Assembly (NCBI GenBank): GCA_964531945.1
Contig: CAZHGF010000002.1
Location: 1 to 28,389, forward strand
Reading direction: 5' to 3'
Length of the DNA: 28,389 bases
Origin: an uncultured Gammaproteobacteria bacterium
GTDB lineage: Bacteria > Patescibacteriota > Microgenomatia > UBA1406 > GWC2-37-13
Each line of letters starts with the position of its first letter. Positions within the stretch are counted from its first letter, which is position 1. Under the pieces are notes generated by a model. It was not told the origin of the DNA. It ran no database searches and saw nothing but the letters and a program-made list of their open reading frames with translations. Below, piece after piece: positions 25,841 through 28,389 of the stretch. A program made the position numbers and the translations under genes.

Positions 25841-26208
25841 ATGATAAAAACAAACTTTGTAAAATTAACAGTATGGAATAAATCGCATAGATTTGTATTA
25901 TCGATCTATTCGTTAACTACGCAATTTCCGCAACATGAAATCTATGGTTTGATAAGTCAAATAAGAAGATCTGCAAGCTCTGTGGCAATGAATATTGTTG
26001 AAGGTGATGAAAGGAGAACAGCGCGAGAGTATGGGCAGTTCTTATATGTTGCAAAAGTTCATTAGCAGAGACACAATATCAATTATTACTTGCCCGGGAC
26101 TTAAAGTATATAAGTGAACTTCAATTCAATAACCTGAATCTACAGGCCTCAGATATTGGAAAAATGATTAATGGTTTAATCAAATATTTACAAGGTAGAC
26201 ACGAGTAA
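25841..26208 (+). pseudogene. Four-helix-bundle protein (23S rRNA-IVP/Avd-like, TIGR02436-type) split by a 1-nt frameshift
   Basis: N-part ...VW.KSH.FVL.IY..T..FP..E.YGL.SQIRRSASSV..NIVEG stops at 26065; another frame continues SLAETQYQLLLARDLKYI...IGKMINGLIKYLQGRHE* (26059-26208). One added base near 26057 restores about 122 aa. Confidence 0.88.
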
Positions 26209-26223
26209 AATCGATCGTAGATA

Positions 26224-26251
26224 TCTGACATCAGTCATCTGTGATCTAATC
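26224..26251. repeat. Right (inverted) heptamer array flanking the four-helix-bundle gene
   Basis: tctgaca/tcagtca/tctgtga/tctaatc are reverse complements of the left-array units. Confidence 0.75.
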
Positions 26252-26263
26252 GGCGCTTTGCCC

Positions 26264-26292
26264 TTGACAAGCGTAGTTTGATACGGTAATCT
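26264..26292 (+). promoter_or_regulatory. Sigma70 promoter for the pilin pair
   Basis: TTGACA-N17-TAATCT, 10 nt before the ATG. Confidence 0.6.
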
Positions 26293-26302
26293 GTAAATTG
26301 TT

Positions 26303-26725
26303 ATGAAACTCAACAAAATTGTTTCCCCCGTAGTAACTCTTTTTGCTTTTTTATTTCTTTTTAGTGTTTCTGTTTCCGCGCAGAATGTATCGGCAAACTT
26401 ACCTTTTACGCTTCCGAGTCTGCCCTATGTTATCGGTTTTGTTATAAGACTTTTTTTTATAATAGCCGGTGTTATTGCGCTCGTTTATCTTCTTCTGGGA
26501 GCATTCGCGTGGGTTACCTCCGGAGGGAATAAGGAAAATGTTGAAAAAGCACGAGAAAAAATACAGGCTGCAATCATTGGTCTCATCCTGATTGTTATTG
26601 TCATTGTTGTTTTGGCTGCCATTGAACGATTTGTTTTTAATCAAAAAGTCTGTTTCGGACTTACCTGTGATTTGACTCTGCCTGCCCTCTTAAATCCTGA
26701 GATAACGCCAGTGCCACCGAGATAA
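26303..26725 (+). CDS. VirB2/TrbC-like (T4SS-type) pilin
   Basis: Signal peptide; AG.IA.VYLL.GAF.W.TSGG..E.V.KAR..I..AIIGL two-helix core; C-terminal Cys pair. Confidence 0.8.
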   Translation: MKLNKIVSPVVTLFAFLFLFSVSVSAQNVSANLPFTLPSLPYVIGFVIRLFFIIAGVIALVYLLLGAFAWVTSGGNKENVEKAREKIQAAIIGLILIVIVIVVLAAIERFVFNQKVCFGLTCDLTLPALLNPEITPVPPR

Positions 26726-26740
26726 CAGTACATATAAAAT

Positions 26741-27064
26741 ATGCAAGAATGGGGAGATTGTGTTGTCGATGAAATCCCAACACTCAAATGCCTTGAGGTT
26801 GTTTTCAATAATCTCATTTTTCTCTCCTCTGCAATTGCTGTTTTGGCGCTCTTCGTCATGTTTCTCTTTGCCGGGTTTACCTACCTTACTTCATTCGGGA
26901 ATCCGGAGAAAGTAAAAAAAGCGCAGGCAACCTTTCGCTACGCGATTATCGGCCTTATTATTTTTGTAAGCTCTTATCTTATCTTAAAAATTATTGATGT
27001 CCTCTTTTTGGGAGGTCAGGGACTCATCTTCCAGTTCCGGCTTCCCGGTCCGGATGGACTCTGA
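26741..27064 (+). CDS. VirB2/TrbC-like (T4SS-type) pilin, second paralog
   Basis: A..LFVMFLFAGF.YLTS.GNPEKV.KA.....YAIIGL core; N-terminal C...PTLKC Cys pair; no signal peptide. Confidence 0.8.
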   Translation: MQEWGDCVVDEIPTLKCLEVVFNNLIFLSSAIAVLALFVMFLFAGFTYLTSFGNPEKVKKAQATFRYAIIGLIIFVSSYLILKIIDVLFLGGQGLIFQFRLPGPDGL

Positions 27065-27066
27065 GG

Positions 27067-27145
27067 TATTAGATGCCTGATCACAAATCACTGATTCCAG
27101 AGATCAGTCATCAGAAATCTGCCATCTGTAATCTGACATCTATCA
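27067..27145. repeat. Empty inverted heptamer array of the same unit family as the four-helix-bundle flanks
   Basis: Left tattaga/tgcctga/tcacaaa/tcactga; 9-nt centre; right tcagtca/tcagaaa/tctgcca/tctgtaa/tctgaca/tctatca. Confidence 0.8.
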
Positions 27146-27298
27146 TCTATTTTGTTCCGGGGTTACATAAATCACTTTCACTCCTTTGCTATCAGGAAGC
27201 GGAGAAATGAGGATATCTGAGTCTCTCAGAAAAAGAATACTTATATAAATAAGAAGTGTTATCCCGAGGACAATAAACACGTAACCGAAAAATTTCAT
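27143..27298 (-). CDS. Small single-TM membrane protein (51 aa)
   Basis: MKFFGYVFIVLGITLLIYISILFL...; its ATG overlaps the GT2 stop (ATGA), so the start is reassigned from 27451. Confidence 0.65.
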   Translation of the reverse strand: MKFFGYVFIVLGITLLIYISILFLRDSDILISPLPDSKGVKVIYVTPEQNR

Positions 27299-28227
27299 AT
27301 ATTCACCGATTCCTTTATGAGATACTGTGGTCTTCGCTGCATTTCTCTGTATATCTTGCTGATGTACTCGCCAATAATGCCAATCGTGATAAGTTGAACA
27401 CCCCCCAAAAAAACAATAGAAAAAAAGAGGGATGCCCAACCGGGAAGCCACTCTACATCAGGAAAAAGAGCGTGTTCAATGACCTTATATACTACGACAA
27501 CGATACTAAATAGTGAAGTAAGAAATCCCAAATATGTAGCCATACGGAGTGGCTTTGTGGAAAAAGAGGTAATACCATCAAGGGCTAAATTAACCATTTT
27601 GGAAAGCGGATAGTGCGTTTCCCCTGCATGTCGTTTTTCCCGTTCAAATCGCACATACTCCACCGGATATCCTCCCCAGGCGACAAGCCCTCGTAAAAAA
27701 CGGGACTGTTCAGGAAGGTTGTTCAGAAATTCTACTACCTGTCGGTCAAGTAGTCGAAAGTCACCAATATCCTGAGGAATTGGTGTGTCTGAGAAAAAGT
27801 TTATAAACCGATAGAATAATTTCGCTGTTAGTTGTTTAAATAAATCATCGCCATGCCGTTTGATCCGCTGCGCGTAGATAATTTTTGTTCCCTGTTGCCA
27901 CTTTCCAATCATCTCAGGGATAATCTCCGGAGGATCCTGAAGGTCTGCGTCTAAACTTACAACGCAATCTCCTTTTGCCAGTGTGTACCCGCACGTTAAA
28001 GCCATCTGGTGTCCAAAATTCCGGTTAAAAGACACGAGTTTTATATGCTTATTTTCTTTTGTATGATGCTTGATATGTTCTTCTGTCTGGTCTTTTGAGC
28101 CATCATTGATAAAGATAATTTCAAAACGGTATTTATCAACAATTGGGAGGAGGCGGTTGAGGAGAGGATCAATATTACTTGCTTCGTTATAAACGGGGAT
28201 GATAATAGAGAGAAGAAAGTCTTTCAT
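27295..28227 (-). CDS. GT2 polyprenol-phosphate glycosyltransferase (GtrB/ArnC-like)
   Basis: SIIIPVYNE, NDGSKD, RNFGHQ.A, DADLQDPP, GDFRLLDR, two C-terminal TM helices. Confidence 0.94.
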   Translation of the reverse strand: MKDFLLSIIIPVYNEASNIDPLLNRLLPIVDKYRFEIIFINDGSKDQTEEHIKHHTKENKHIKLVSFNRNFGHQMALTCGYTLAKGDCVVSLDADLQDPPEIIPEMIGKWQQGTKIIYAQRIKRHGDDLFKQLTAKLFYRFINFFSDTPIPQDIGDFRLLDRQVVEFLNNLPEQSRFLRGLVAWGGYPVEYVRFEREKRHAGETHYPLSKMVNLALDGITSFSTKPLRMATYLGFLTSLFSIVVVVYKVIEHALFPDVEWLPGWASLFFSIVFLGGVQLITIGIIGEYISKIYREMQRRPQYLIKESVNI

Positions 28228-28259
28228 GACTGTTATTCAGTATACCACCTCTTTTTTTG

Positions 28260-28329
28260 TTACGGGGCCAGGAGTTGAACCTGGTCTAAAAGATTATGAG
28301 CCTTTTGTGCAACCGTACACTACCCCGTA
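28260..28329 (-). tRNA. tRNA with CAT anticodon (Met-type; exact identity uncertain)
   Basis: Acceptor TACGGGG/CCCCGTA, D-stem GTGT/GCAC, anticodon arm AAAGG-CTCATAA-TCTTT, T-arm CCAGG-TTCAACT-CCTGG; 70 nt; CCA not encoded. Confidence 0.9.
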
Positions 28330-28389
28330 ATATAGTTGAAATTAGTTAAAAATAGCTCATTCCAACGAACTTTACGACTAATTCTAACT

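Noticed and set aside
25841-26208. Diversity-generating retroelement suggested by the Avd-like fold
   Set aside because: There is no reverse transcriptase and no visible TR/VR pair in the window.

Overview
Bacterial chromosomal window using the standard genetic code (TGA is a stop). The gene content (VirB2-like pilins, a VirB6-like protein, Pro/Thr-linker membrane proteins, a cohesin-domain protein, few Shine-Dalgarno sites) suggests Patescibacteria/CPR, probably Microgenomates; this is inference. It starts with a probable smpB 3' end and a tmRNA with an unusually long tag. A GIY-YIG nuclease and accessory or stress genes follow: LysE, GNAT, two DinB, VOC, GT-C, Hsp20 with CIRCE, Fur/Zur-ZIP, GH39, GlsB, LexA, Trx-DipZ, FTR1 and an M24 peptidase. 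Next is a surface/DNA-uptake block (VirB6-like, cohesin-LPxSG, large surface protein, ComM, two pilins). It ends with a GT2 gene and a tRNA(CAT). The most striking unexplained structure is a set of intergenic elements made of two inverted arrays of 7-nt (once 8-nt) tandem units at gene 3' ends. One pair brackets a frameshifted four-helix-bundle gene, and an 'empty' sister copy with the same unit lies about 0.8 kb away. Two CGTC-tagged REP-like palindromes are also present. There is no CRISPR array, integrase, transposase or reverse transcriptase.
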